A DNA stretch of 64,000 nt from assembly GCF_009914755.1 (NCBI RefSeq), contig NC_060929.1. One strand, 5' to 3'. Below the pieces are notes generated by a model, which had not been told where the DNA came from, searched no databases, and saw only the letters and a program-made list of their open reading frames with translations. Origin of the DNA: the human T2T-CHM13v2.0 reference genome, Homo sapiens. This document shows, in pieces, positions 27,850 through 45,078 of this stretch (position 1 is the first letter of the stretch; each line of letters opens with the position of its first letter). Both the position numbers and the translations under genes were made by a program.

Positions 27850-28393
27850 AGTTCAAAAAAATTATTTTTCCTTCTACCCCCTGGTGTTACTGCTGGGGAC
27901 CTGTAAAACTAGACTAACAAAAACCAGACTAACAAGAGATGAGCTGTTTATTTATTAAAACATACAGTATACATCACTCAGGAGAAATCAAAATGAAGAG
28001 TGTGACTCAAAGGGGTGGTTAGAACTTGGGCTTCTTAGTGTCTTCATAAAAGACCAATAAATCTGTAAAGAAGGGACAAGAGAAAGGAAAATGTTTTAGA
28101 TTTTCAAGGACAGCAAACTGTGAAGGAAACATAGATAGGAAAACTAATGAAATAAGATTTGTTTGTGCAGGTTCATTTCTGTGCTGACTTTCCATTTCTT
28201 CATGGCCATAAAACTTTGCCAAGAGAGAAGATTCATGGAAGTCTTCATTTTTCAGAAGTTTCTGCTTTTGGTCAGATAATGGAAGCCCTGGGAAGGCTTC
28301 TTTTTGCATCTGCAGATTCCCATTTATCTCCAGCTCAAATAATCCTTATGCCAAAGTGACATACTTTAAGGTGGCATATTCTGGTCACCTATA
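27850..28393 (-). mobile_element. Second MER34-group ERV1 solo LTR, opposite orientation
   Basis: Minus strand starts tataggtgaccagaatatgccacc...ctttggcataaggattatttgagctg. Confidence 0.75.
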
Positions 28394-30967
28394 GTTCGTT
28401 GTCCTATTGTAAAGCCATCCACTATAATAAAACTGTTTTCAGCATCAGCTGTAAAACATACCTATCTCTGTTGTGCTCATGCCTCCTGTTTAGCTTTGTT
28501 TTGATATATACTTTGCCCACTACTGAACAATTAAAATATAGGCATTTTTCTTCCTAAACTGTTTTGTAAATTCAATCTAGTTATTGTACTTAACATTTTT
28601 TTCTACTTTGTATGTCTGTCACTTATAATCACTCCCTTCTTTATCTCTGTCATATTCAATCTGCTTCTAACTTTTTAAACTTATCAATGTATATGCACTA
28701 CATGGGATTCAGAGTCACATTATTCAATGATATTTGGAAAACAAAATTTTATTGGCTAAATTGCAGGGGGGAAAATTGTCCTATTGAAGTGGTTTCGCCC
28801 TTTTAAAATGGTATGTGGCTAAGGGTGTGTGTGTGCATATTCACTGTGCATATATTGAGGACTGTTGCACGGTCCTGCAAGCACTCCCAGCCCAATTAGA
28901 TTCTCAATAATTTCTCTTTCTGCTGTTTTCTTTTGGCAGATGGCATATTCTTATTTTGTACTTTCAGTCTCTGCTTGTTAACAGACGCTTGTATGTATAG
29001 CAGAATTCTGTCTCAGATTTCTTTTTATTGTAATATTCACCTGGTAGCAAGATGATGGGAGAAGGAGACCTACAAATTATTAGGCCTCCAATCATGTAAG
29101 ACTTCCAATATCTGCCAAAAGGAAACAGATCAACTTAGTTTGTTGATAACATACTGCTATCCCTTGCAATCACCACCTTTATCTCTGCATTAGCAGGCTA
29201 ATTGTGCAATACATTTATCTAGATTGCTAATCTTTTAAAAACTGTGATGGAGCCCACAAGAGCCTCCCCCTAGAAAACTGACATATGCATATATAGTTAT
29301 CACTTTGTATACAATTTCCAGGGGATTAACAGCCTGGGGAAGGAGGCAATGGATGCTTCTTCTTTATCGATTAAGTACATTCTGACAGACACTGACACCA
29401 TTGTCATTATCTCCAACAACACAGGCTCGGGGGAGAAGAAGGAACTGAAGTGGGGTGAAGGTGGAGAGGTGTGAGCAGTTAAGTTCAGCGAGAAGTTCTG
29501 AATAATCTGTCCTTCCCTACCCTCCCCCCTTTGGCAGGGGTCAGTTTTTATAGCCACAGCCCAACTCCCTAATGGCATTTGGTTTTCTGGTAAAGATCAA
29601 AAGTGCACTTGGCATTTCCTGAGCATAAACAGCATACCAGCCTATACTGGCTAGAATCGATGGATCCATAACCATGTGAAAATGTGAATGCATTTCTGTA
29701 GATGGGCAGCTGTGGGTCTGGAAAATATCCAGTTTCAAAAGCAAAACAAATGATAAAAGTAGTTAAATAAGGATTCTGGCTTGATGTTCACCTAAGTTTA
29801 CCAAATGCATCCCTTTCATTTTCATGGAAAATTAATTCTGGCCTGTAATTCATTTCTATGACTGATTCCTTTTGTGGAAGTTGAAGTAATAGAAAATGAC
29901 TTTCTGAGGAAGTCCTCTGGAGTTGTTTTCTGAGTATGCTCTTTAATTCTCTTAAAGAAATGTCTGTCTGTACCAGTAGAAGTGACCTTTCTTCTGGTTT
30001 AATTTCTGAAGAGATCAATGATTATAGGATAATAACTTTTTAAATCATTCAAGAGGTGTATTGACAATTTGCTATAGGCCAATCCCTGAAGAATGCAACA
30101 TGGCCCCTACGTTCCAAGATCTTGCAGTTTGGTAGAGGAAACACATAAAACATCTTGTCCTAGAAACTCTGAGATTCACCATTCATATCACCAACATAGA
30201 TGGCTCATTTAAAACCCAATGGCCCAATCATATCACCCATGCTTTTTTCATCATAATTACTAACAAATTCGTACAATATGTGCTTCAACCTGCAGTATTT
30301 TGTTACAATCTTTGAAATACCTGCTTTTTTTTTTTTAAACTCATCAAGTTCCAAGAGTTTTGACAAGAGAAAGAGTGTTTGAAAGCTACATTTCAGCTTT
30401 AAGGTCTAGGTAACTTTGAGTACATTGTATTAATATAAGCAATGACCACTGAGGTAGCTACGCATTTGAGTGGAGTGCCAAAAAACTGACTGCCCTCTAC
30501 ACGAACACACACACACACCTCCCACACTGAACAATCTGGTTCTGTTTTCACTGACTACTGTCTAAAAAGAGGCTGGCCTGGAAGAAAGTCCTATCATTCT
30601 TTTGTGGACATTTTTTATATATTCCAGATGACTAGATGGAATCGGGATGAGAAAAAGAAAGAAAAAGCACAGAATGATAAAAATTGCAAGGTACAACGGG
30701 TCAACGCCAAAATTGACTGAGTATAAAAATGGCTCTATAAGTATTCAGTATAAGTCAGAAACATCCTCTATAATACCATATTCTCAGGGTAAATATTGTC
30801 ACAATATTGACAGTTACAAAAAGCCTACTGCAAGTTTTTCTAAACCTAACGATGTCTTGTAAATACCCAAAAGGTTATGGCAAAGTCAAGTTTTAAGTTT
30901 AACATTAAATTTATTAACCTGCACAATGTTCTTTGCAGGATCACCAACAAATAATGTGGTGTGAATT

Positions 30968-31618
30968 GAGGGACTTTCTTTTCTAGGAACACGGGATAGA
31001 TGTGTGTTTTCTTATCTTTCTAAGTACAACTGAAAAGTGTAGCTATAATACATATAATAATCATATGAAGACTTTGAAAGCTGGACATGAGAAGGCAGAC
31101 TGGCTAGAGACCTTGGAACTTGAGAAACAACACAGTAATGAGGTCTTGGGTGTTCTCTTTGCCTCATGTATCCCAGACTTGGAGCTGAAGAAGCCAGCAA
31201 CCTGGAGACAATAATGAGGGCAGACCACTACAAATAAATAAAAAACAGAAAAGAAATTATGATTTCTCTAGGCAAAAGACTCAGGAAGAAGTAGCCTAGG
31301 AAAAGTGAACATTTTTAGACAATAACCTCTCCAATTCAGCCAAACACCACAGAAAAAAACTGTGAGTGCATTCTGATCCAAGCCTGCAGAGGCTGAGTAG
31401 TGAGCCTAGATTTCCAACCTAATGAAGCTGTAACAAGGTGCTCTTGCATCCACCAGGATCCCATCAGGGAATGCCAAGTAGGGATGCTGGTTAGTAATAG
31501 GACCTTTCTTGCCCACTGTGTCAATAGAGACCATGTGGGGGGCAGAAACTTCTATGTCTAATTGGCAGTAACAAGAAGTTCTCTCCACCTTGGGTGTTAA
31601 TGAAAGCCAAGTGAGAAT
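30968..31618 (+). mobile_element. Ancient L1M (MC/MD-type) 5' UTR, left part
   Basis: gagggactttc...ctaagtacaactgaaaa...gaaggcagactggctagagacc matches recalled L1MC/MD 5' ends. Confidence 0.65.
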
Positions 31619-31848
31619 GTTTTCTTTTCTTTTTTTTTTTATTATTATACTTTAAGTTTTAGGGTACATGTGCACAATGTGCAGGTTAGTTACATATGTA
31701 TACATGTTACATGCTGGTGCGCTGCACCCACTAACTGGTCATCTAGCATTAGGTATATCTCCCAATGCTATCCCTCCCCCCTCCCCCCACCCCACAACAG
31801 TCCCCAGAGTGTGATGTTCCCCTTCCTGTGTCCATGTGTTCCCATTGT

Positions 31849-32395
31849 TCAATTCCCACCTATGAGTGAGAATATGTGGTGTTTGGTTTTTTGTTCTTGC
31901 CATAGTTTACTGAGAATGATGATTTCCAATTGCATCCATGTCCCTACAAAGGACATGAACTCATCATTTTTTATGGCTGCATAGTATTCCATGGCGGATA
32001 TGTGCCACATTTTCTTAATCCAGTCTATCATTGTTGGACATTTGGGTTGGTTCCAAGTCTTTGCTATTGTGAATAGTGCCACAATAAACATACGTGTGCA
32101 TGTGTCTTTATAGCAGCATGATTTATAGTCCTTTGGGTATATACCCAGTAATGGGATGGCTGGGTCAAATGGTATTTCTAGTTCTAGATCCCTGAGGAAT
32201 CGCCACACTGACTTCCACAATGGTTGAACTAGTTTACAGTCCCACCAACAGTGTAAAAGTGGTCCTATTTCCCCACATCCTCTCCAGCACCTGTTGTTTC
32301 CTGACTTTTTAATGATTGCCATTCTAACTGGTGTGAGATGATATCTCATTGTGGTTTTGATTTGCATTTCTCTGATGGCCAGTGACGGTGAGCAT
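31849..32395 (-). pseudogene. L1 ORF2p C-terminal Cys-rich region
   Basis: ...[18 protein letters not shown]...IFSLIGGN* native terminus. Confidence 0.95.
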
Positions 32396-32504
32396 TTTTC
32401 ATGTGTTTTTTGGCTGCATAAATGTCTTCTTTTGAGAAGTGTCTGTTCATGTCCTTCGCCCACTTTTTGATGGGGTTGTTTTTTTCTTGTAAATTTGTTT
32501 GAGT

Positions 32505-34855
<2,351 letters not shown>

Positions 34856-34974
34856 TTTTCTAAATTATGTTTAATAAGTGTTGTAGGGAGCTTCCTCTAT
34901 ATATTTGGATCTAATTTATGAAAAGTCGGGCTTTAAAATATAACTTTGATAAACAAATACATAATTACTATATT

Positions 34975-35358
34975 TGATAATTTAGTCCCTGATTTGGCTG
35001 TGTCCCCACCCAAACCTCATCTTGAATTGTAGTTCCCATAGTCCCCATGTGTCATGGGAGAGACTCAGTGGGAGGTAATTGAATCATGGGGTCAGTTACC
35101 CCCATGCTGCTATTCTCATGATTGTGGGTGGGTTCTCACGAGGTCTGATGGTTTTACAAGGGGCTTTTCCCCCTTAGCTTGGCGTTTCTCTCTCCTGCCA
35201 CCATGTGAAAAAGGATGCTTCTGCTTCCCCTTACACCATTATTGTAAGTTTCCTGAGGCCTCCCCAGCCATGCGGAACTGTGAGTTAATTAAACCTCTTT
35301 CCTTTATAAGTTACCCAGCCTTGGGTAGTTCTTTATAGCAGTGTGAGAATGGACTAAT
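34975..35358 (+). mobile_element. THE1D-like MaLR solo LTR
   Basis: tttggctgtgtccccacccaaacctcatcttgaattgtag...ctttatagcagtgtgagaatggactaat. Confidence 0.9.
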
Positions 35359-36019
35359 CCCTAAGTAAATTAAATTAAATTAAAAATTCCTATTATAGGA
35401 ATTATTTATTCCATACCATAGATGATTCAGGACTGATCCCATCCTTTCTTACCCTCTGAAGTGAAAATTATTTTCCTTGTGGGTTGGAGACAGCTCTAAG
35501 AATCACTGATAATAGAGGCACATTCTCATGAAGTCTCTTTAGCACTTGTTTATGTTGCTGTTTTTCTTCTTGAAAAGGATGCCTTCTTCAAACAGAGAAA
35601 TTGCCAAAAGGTGTTCTTCTGGGCAAATCATTTTGAAAAAAAAAAAAAGGCTTCTTTTCCTCCAGACCGCCAGCAACACTGGGTGAGGCAAGCAGAGCTG
35701 AGACCAAATTTTAGTTCCCATTCATCTCCCTTGGGAGCCACCCTAGTGTTGGGGCACAGTCTGCACAATCCCATACAGCAGAACTAACTCTTACCTTTCA
35801 CCTTTTCTTCTCCTGCTGCTGGCACAGGGAAGAGAGCACATTGATCCTCCTTGGGAAACAGGGCTCTTAGAATCTCTTTTCTGCAGCAGTGTTTTTCATT
35901 TGAGTATTGGAGTCCTCCGTTTTCTGGGTGTCGATGGTAGAGATTTAAAAAAGGGTGAGAGAGCAAAACTGGCATTTATTGAATACCTTCTATGTGCCTG
36001 TAACTTTTTACTTTAAGGC

Positions 36020-36197
36020 ATTTTTAAGAGTAGTTTTAAGTTCACAGCAAAATTGAAAGGAAGGTATAGATATTTCCCATTACCCACCCCCCCAACATGT
36101 GCATAGCCTTCTTCCATTGTCAATATGCCCTACCAGAGGGTACACTTGTTACAACTGATGAGCCTACGTTGACCCATCATAATCATCCAAAATCCAT
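36020..36197 (-). mobile_element. L1MC1/2-type 3' end
   Basis: agtagttttaagttcacagcaaaattgaaaggaaggtatagatatttccc. Confidence 0.7.
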
Positions 36198-37634
36198 ATG
36201 CCTGTAAATTTTCATGATATTTTACATACATTACGTGGCATATTACGATCTTTTCTTAGATGAGACCACTGAGGCTCTGAGAGGTGACATCCATTTGTTA
36301 AGACCTCTCAGTAAGGAGAAGTTAGAATGATGCCCAGGGCCACTTGTCTCCAAACAAAAAGAAGACTCTGTTGTGCTCTTAACAGTCCATCCTAGATTGT
36401 TAGCCAACCATGATGAGGGGACCTCAACAGTTTGCCCAGTTCATTAGGCTTTAGCTTAGCCCTGATCTTGATGGAGTGAAGAACAAGGAGTCTAAGAACT
36501 CAGTTATCTACTGGAAGGTTCTGCAGGACACAAGAAAGGGTAATATGATTCCTGACTTAATGTAGGTACAATATGACCTCAAGCTGAGGCCAATAGATTC
36601 TGATAACATGAAAAAGTGACCGTGAAAATCGAAGAAAAAACCATGGGTGTAGATGTGAAGAAACCCTGAGATTGAAAGGAATTAAAGAGAGCGTGAAAAA
36701 TTTTGCTTTAGAGATTGAATAAATTCCATTATCTTCTAAATGCAAACATTTTTAAACAGAGTGCATGAATTCCCTTTTGATGTTAAAAAATACAAAATTA
36801 CCTACCTAATATGGTGTTTGGATGGACAAGAGACTCATGTTGATAGTTGAGACACTTTCGTCAAAGAAATAAAACCTCTGAGTTTGAGGCAAAATCTGGC
36901 ACAGGAAAGAAATGGCATCCTTCAGCCCCTAGGGTTCTTGGAAGTGGTCAAAGTTCCAAACAGAATCTCCCTCACACTTATCTACAGCCATACTCAACCA
37001 TTGTCATCAATTTTATTTTTTAAAATTTTTGATTATCAGTATTTTATATTTACATTTAAGGATTTTTAGATTGTAGAGATGTTTAAATATGTATTGTATT
37101 TAAAAGACACATTTATTCTCCAGCATTAGTTTCTCTCATTCATGATTACTTACATTATGAGTTAAATGAGCTTTGGTGCACTGCCTGGGAATCCAGCCAG
37201 TATTTGTGAGATCATTTCTAAGATAACATGCATTTTCAGTTCCCGAAACCCTAGGAACAATAAAACTCCATAAACACAGTAAGTATTGTCAACTTGACTA
37301 GGGTCAATGAACAATAAGAGAAAATATTAATAATTCAGTCAATTCTTCAAGTCTTGATTCCCCTTTCCTGAATTACAATTTTTCCCTTTTCAATTTGATT
37401 TGCACTCCTTGGGTTGAATTTTGTGTTCTAGCTCATAGTAAAACTAGAAATATAAAAACAGGAATATAAAAACAGGAATATAAAAATCTTTGTTGAAAAG
37501 GTTAATGAAAATTTTTAGTTACAAATGTGCTTGTTATGTGAATGATGTTGGGAAGGTTTTCTGATATCCCTGGAGTAGTACATGAATGTGTGGAGTCATG
37601 CATTTAGTTTGTAGGATGAAATTCACATTATGGA

Positions 37635-38960
37635 GTGAATTTGGAATCATATCGAAGAAATCATTGCCAATTCCAATGTCATGAGGCTTTTGCCCAATAT
37701 TTTCTTCTAAAAGTTTATCGTTTTTGGTCTTACCCTTACGTCTGTGGTCCATTTTGAGTTTATTTTTGTATGTGATGTTATGTAAGGTACCCAATTTTAT
37801 TCTGAATATCCAATTTTCTTAGCACCATTTGTTGAAAAGACTGTCCTTTCCCCATTGAATGGCCTTGGCATCCTTGTCAAAAATTATTTGACCATAATTC
37901 AAGGGTTTATTTGTGGGTTCTCTTCTATTCCGTTAGTTCACGTCTGTCTTTATGCCAGTACCACACTGTTTTGATTACTGTAGCTTTGTGGTAAGTTTTG
38001 AAATGAGGAAGTGTAAGTTCTACAGTTTTATTCTTTTATTATTTTTTTCCGCAAGACTGTGGCTACTCGTGGTCCCCTGAGATTCTATGTGAATTTTATG
38101 ATGGGTTTTCCCATTTCTGCAAAAAATCATTGAGATTTGGATAGGGATTGCACTGAGTTTGTAGATCACTTTGGGTAGCACTGAAATTTTAACAATATTA
38201 AGTCTTCCAATCCATAAAGATAAGATGTGTTTCTGTTCTAATATTTTTCGGTAATGTTTTATAGTGTTCATTGTACAAGCCTTTCATGTCCTTGGTTAAC
38301 TTGTTTCCTAAGCATTTTATTCTTTTTGGTGCTATAGTAAATTGACTTGTTTTTGTCATTTCCTTTTCAGATTATTCATTATTAGAGTGTGAAAATGAAA
38401 GACATTTTGTATGTTGACTTCATATCTTTCTACACTGCTAAATTGACTTTTTAGTTCTAAGTTTATTTTTATGAACTCTTTACGATTTTCTACCTATAAG
38501 GTAATGTATCTGCAGACAGAGATAATTTTACTTCTTTCTTTACAACTCAGATTCCTTTTTTTTTTTTTTTTGGCCTAATTGTTCTGGCTAGAACTTCTAG
38601 TACTATATTGAATAGAAGTGTGAAAGTGGGCACCCTTGTCTTGTTCCTGATTTTAGAGGAATAGTTTTCAGTCTTTTGCCATTGCATATAAGGTTCACTG
38701 TATGTTTTTCATATATGGCTTTTACTATGTTGAGGCAATTTCCTTTTATTTCCAGTTTGTTGAGTTTTTTTTTATTATAAAAGAATGTTGAATTTTGTCA
38801 AATGATTTTTCTGCATCAATTGATATGACTGTGTGTTTGTTTTGTCTTCATTCTGTTAATATGGTATATTATACTGATTTTTATATTTTGAATCATCCTA
38901 GCATTCCAGGAATAAATTCTACTTGGTCATGATGTATAATCCTTTTAATATGTGCTGAAT
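37635..38960 (-). mobile_element. Old L1M ORF2 fragment
   Basis: Degenerate ORF2 peptides on the minus strand (WIGRLNIVKISVLPKVIYK; LLEENIGQKPHDIGIGNDF). Confidence 0.9.
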
Positions 38961-38974
38961 TAGCCAAATTCAGT

Positions 38975-39200
38975 TAAAATTTATTTAACATATTTTGCTT
39001 AACCTATCAAAATATATTATTTTCAGTGTGTAATTAATATAAACTGTAATTACTGAGATATTTTATATTCTTTTTTCACACTCAGTCTTGGAAACCAAGT
39101 GTCTATTTTATACTTACAGACATCTCTATTTGGATGATACCCATTTCAAGTGTTTAACAGCCATATGTTGCTAGCGGCCACCGTTTTGGATACCACAGCT
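38975..39200. mobile_element. MER33/MER3-type hAT-Charlie MITE
   Basis: catttcaagtgtttaacagccatatgttgctagcggccaccgttttggataccacag terminus. Confidence 0.75.
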
Positions 39201-39227
39201 CTGGTCACTGTGTTAAGAATTTATAGT

Positions 39228-40105
<878 letters not shown>

Positions 40106-40149
40106 AGATATTGTACAGTATTGTACAGAAAAGGAACATGGATGAAGTT

Positions 40150-40860
40150 TAAAAAGTTAGGAGGCCATTGCAATAGTGTTAGGAGGAGACAAATACAGCT
40201 TGGGCAGTGTAGTAGCAGTACAGGTGTTGAGACAGACCAGATTCTGGGAATATTTTGAAAAGTAGAGCCAAATAATTTTTGGATGGATTTTGGTCTGAGT
40301 GTCTGGAAAGATGGGATTTCCTCATGGGGCATGATGTTGGAGAAATAATTGGGGTTACTTAAAAACAGAAATTTGCTTTTGGACATAAGCATGAAATGCC
40401 CATTAGACATCTCATGATATCCAGTAAGCAGCTGGATATACAAATGAAGAATCGGGGAGAGATAGGTGCTGGAAAGAGAGAGACTTAGGCATCAACATAT
40501 ATAAACGGTATTAAAAGTCATGAGACTAGATGAACCCAGGAGGTGAGTTTAAATATAGAGGGACACAGGCCTGAGTCCTGACTCACTCCAATATTTAGGG
40601 TTCTGGGACATGAGAAAGAAGCTGCAATAATGATAAAGGAGTGACCAATTAGGAAGAAGAAAACTTGAATGAATTATGGCCTGAAAGCCACAGGAAAAAA
40701 AACAAAAACAAAAACAAAAACAAAAACAAAAAAAAACGTGGTTTAAGAACTGAGTGATCCTTAGTATCAAATGCTGTTGATAGGTCAGGTAAGATGAGGG
40801 CTGAGAAATTGCCACTGGATTTAACAGCACAGAGGTCATTCATAACCTTGGTGTAATCAA
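40150..40860 (-). mobile_element. L2 fragment containing an (AAAAAC)n tract at about 40696-40737
   Basis: gttaggaggccattgcaatag, tcaaatgctgttgataggtcaggtaagatgagggctgagaaattgccactggatttaac. Confidence 0.8.
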
Positions 40861-42486
40861 GGTGAAAGGAAAATTGTATTGGATCAACAGAGAGTGAAAA
40901 GATTATTGTAAATGAACACAGAAAAAGGGGCCCAAAGACTAAAAAGAAGTGGAGTCACAATATTCTTTTAAGGTGGAAGTAATAAGTCTATTTGTGTGAT
41001 AATGTGGACATTGCAGTAAAAAGAGAAAAGTCAAGATTCAGGAGAGGAAAAATGGCTCTGGAGTGTAGTTCGGCAATAGTTAAAATGAGGGTGTGAAAAT
41101 ACTTTAAACACAGAAAAATATTTTCAAAAGAAAGCAAATATATGATATGGCCTTTGAAAAGATTTATTGATTCTGTTTTAGGGGAGTTAGTATGGGCAGA
41201 CTCACTTGGGTTGCTCATGTACTTTTTTTCCTCCAAACTTTATAACCTCATTGGTAGTGTGCTCAAAGTAAAGTAATGAGGCAGAATTCAACCCACTGAG
41301 AAAGCAAGTAGATGGCAGCATGTGAATGAGGTTGAGACAGGGAACCAAATGGATGTGGATGCACCAGACAGAAATTGAAGGCAACTCAGATTTCATTAGG
41401 TGATGTTGGTTGTTAGGAGACAGATAAAAATGTTTCCTGTCACTGAACTTCCCTGCAATCTCTGAGGTTGCAGGAGACATTTTTCTCAGGGCCTAAACAT
41501 CAGCCTATTCCTGAAGTTGCTGGAAACTACTTATCAAACATTTTGCTAACGATTACAAAATCACAAGCTCTTCCCAAGACTCACAATCAATCAACAGCTT
41601 AGGCAGGAAGTAGTTGTAGTCTCTTGGGTCATCTCTTTTCATTTTTTGTCTCTTACTCTATCCGAGGAGCTGGATTGAGTCAGCCTTTGATTTCAACTGA
41701 AGGAACTGCTTGCTGAGCTCAAATAACAGCCAGCTAATTCCAGGAAAAGCCCTGGGAATGTATAAGGTACTTCGGAGACCCTTCAGGGAACCCAGCCCTT
41801 CTGCTGCTCTTTCCCAAAGAACTTCAAATCTGTAGGCTCAATTGCAAACTTCTCTAATGAAATAAATAGATGCTCTAGAAGGAGTGGCTTCCTGTAGAGG
41901 CTGAAACTGGCCCTTGTTGTCCTGCTTTTTTTCTCTAATGATCTGTCTTCTCCTAAGGGATGTAGCTTTGAAGGGGTGAGGTCATTGATCTTCCTTTACC
42001 AACCTGTCCTAGGTGTGGATACATCATTCTTCCTTAATATTCCTTAGCTGTGACCAGGTTGAATGTTCAAATGAAACTCCACTAAACAACAGAGTATAAC
42101 CAAAAGGAAGTACGCTAAAATATGCCCAACGGAAGTAACCAAGATAATCTGGGTTAAAAGACAGAGTTTTTAAATTTTCAACTTGAGGTCTCTAAGGGCT
42201 TGAGGTCTGCTAAGTAATTGATGCCTTCCTACTTAACTCCCAGGTTACTCACAAGTTTTAAAAACAAACAAAAAGTATCTTTAATTTCTTTATTGCTTGA
42301 AATATACTTGAGGTGTTTTTTATTTTTTATTTTTTGAAGTACAGACTTACTGAGCAAGATTTGGGAAGCCGTAAGAGGTCACTTCCCAGCTGCCTAGAAT
42401 CCACTTCTTAGGTCCCACCTATGCACCCCCCACCAGATCAGGTTATTTTACTTTTGTCTACCCCTAGTAAGAAAAGAATTTATAAC

Positions 42487-42791
<305 letters not shown>

Positions 42792-42879
42792 TTATAAAGA
42801 AGTAAGACTCCAGGTGCCTATTCCAAATTCTCTTGCCAGCACTGTAAAATCAGAACTTTCTTCTCCAATTATCACCCTG

Positions 42880-42880
<1 letters not shown>

Positions 42881-42919
<39 letters not shown>
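42881..42919. repeat. (CA)n microsatellite, about 19 units
   Basis: Seen directly. Confidence 0.97.
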
Positions 42920-42920
<1 letters not shown>

Positions 42921-43659
42921 ACAAATTAAAACAAGTGGGGCACTGAAAAGTCTCAGAGAATGACCACTGTCCAGGTGTCTCTCCACCCACCCTTGACTGG
43001 CTTGTGGGTTCCATTTTGTCTAGCAGCCATGCCTTGGTGGTTACTTTGACCTAGATATTCAGAAAAAGAGCAGGTCAGCCAGTATACTTTGTTGAGTGCT
43101 TTCTTTTCTTTTTTCTCTGGGGTGCTGGATGGGGATTTTGAGTGGTGGCCATAAATGGTAAGACAGAAACTTAGAATTGGACCTTCAAGTTTTGTCTGCA
43201 AACACTGCAAAAGAATAAAAACACTATTATACATTATTAAATGCATTTTTCTCTGACCCTTGCACAAGTTGTAACATCCCCCTCAGTATAGATAACCATG
43301 CCTTGAGGCCTCCAGGGTATCTGCAGATAGTTAAGGAAACTGGAGTAAGCAGTGACCTGGTGGTGGTCTTTGGATTCCAGTAGATATAGCCATACACAGC
43401 AGGACCCTGTAATGTCCCAAAGACTTGGTGGTATTGGGAGGAGACAGCTAGAGCAGAAGAAAGGCATGGTCCCTTCTGCGTGCAGCAGAACCAGAAGCCA
43501 ACTAGACTTATTCCTGAGCTGTTGTAAAACATCCCTGAAACTCCCAGAACTGTCCAGGGAAAACATTAATAGTAAGCTAGATTTCTAAATAGCATGAAAA
43601 GACTAGAGCCAGAAAAACATAGATCATGGTCAGACATATTTCTTTGCTTACAATGGATG

Positions 43660-43880
43660 TGAGAAGGCAAACCAGTTAGGAGGTCAATGTAGTAAATCAA
43701 CACGGGAGATTATGTCAGCCTCAATTAGGATGAATACAGCAGGAATAAGTTAATTGGATGTGTGTAAGTGATACTATTGAGTTACAATCGACAAAAGTTG
43801 GTGATTGACTTGATATGGGGTGTGGCCGATCAGATAGGCTGAGAGAGAAGACCACCTCCAGGGTGATTCCCAAGGTCCCA
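43660..43880 (-). mobile_element. L2 fragment
   Basis: ggcaaaccagttaggagg...ttggtgattgacttgatatgggg. Confidence 0.55.
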
Positions 43881-44902
43881 GCTGGGCTGTCACAGATGAG
43901 CCATCCTCTCCAGCACCCTTGCAAGCCACATACATTCTCCCTAGATTTTGAAATGGCCTTCTCTATATTCTTACAACTAACTCCCAGGGGTGGGTCTGCT
44001 CTGCTTTCACAAAAAGATGTGCTTTGCCCTAGGAATAGGATCAATTTTGTTTACTGTTGGGCAGAATTTAAGAAGCCCAGAGTGCTGACTTCACATCTGT
44101 TTCAACCTGAAACTCGTGTAACCACTTCATTATCATGACTTTCTCTTCAAACATCAGAAACTAGACCCCTGACTTTTAATAATCTAAATTCTAAAGTACC
44201 TTGAGAACTGAGGTCAAATAATCCCCCTTACCAATACTGGAGTTCAGCTCTAGTTACCTAAGTCCAACCTCTTTAACTCAACTGTCTGCATTCCTGGATG
44301 TTTACACACTTTCTGCCCATAAAGTTCCCACTTCGATTTTCCACTCTGTTTCTGGGAGGTCTCCTGTAGCCCATTGTGGACTATTTCTGTTGCTAATCAA
44401 CTGTATATTGTTTAATTTTTGCCATGGTCTCCTGATGCCATGCCACCTTCCTCTGCTTTTCAGCCAGTGACCTGCTATTGATGTCTTTTCAAGTATCTTC
44501 CCACCAGAAGGTTTTCTGATGTCTAAATGAACTTTTTACTCTTGAATTTGATGTGATCAACTATCATTAATACCTTAGCAGGTCCTCAAGAGCTCTTTCA
44601 AAGAGTTGGCCATTTGAGCTTCTGCAATTTCTATTAGAAATGTGACATCCTAAATCCATATTTTGCAGAGGTTCCGCTTTTTTTCTTAAATAAGCTAAAT
44701 GAAATAAATTAAAACTAAGATTTTGAAAGTATATTAAATACTGATTTGGGGGAGTTCAGCCATTTAATTTATAGAAAGATTTAGTAAACTATTTTTAAGT
44801 CATTTGGGAAAAAATGTTATTTAAATCTCAAGATGTTACAAACTTTTATAAGGTGTCAATTCTTTCCTCATTAAGGACTGAATTTAAGTACATTGGAATT
44901 AG

Positions 44903-45078
44903 ACCAGAAATTTTAACTTTGGCTGCAAAGTGGATTCACCTGGGGAGCTTTAAAAAAGTATTAAGGATTGAGTCTTGCCTTCAGAGATTCTGGTTAATTA
45001 CTCTGGGACACATCTGGGCAGTGGCATTTTTAAAAGCCCCTAATCATCCTAATGTGCAGCCAAATTTAAGAATCATTG
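44903..45078. mobile_element. MER5-type MITE
   Basis: ttggctgc...tcacctggggagctttaaaaa...aatgtgcagccaaatttaagaatcattg. Confidence 0.75.

Noticed and set aside
29300-29578. 92-aa ORF in the repeat-poor block as a coding exon
   Set aside because: No recognisable homology or matching splice-site pair; the other minus-strand frame I translated also closes early.
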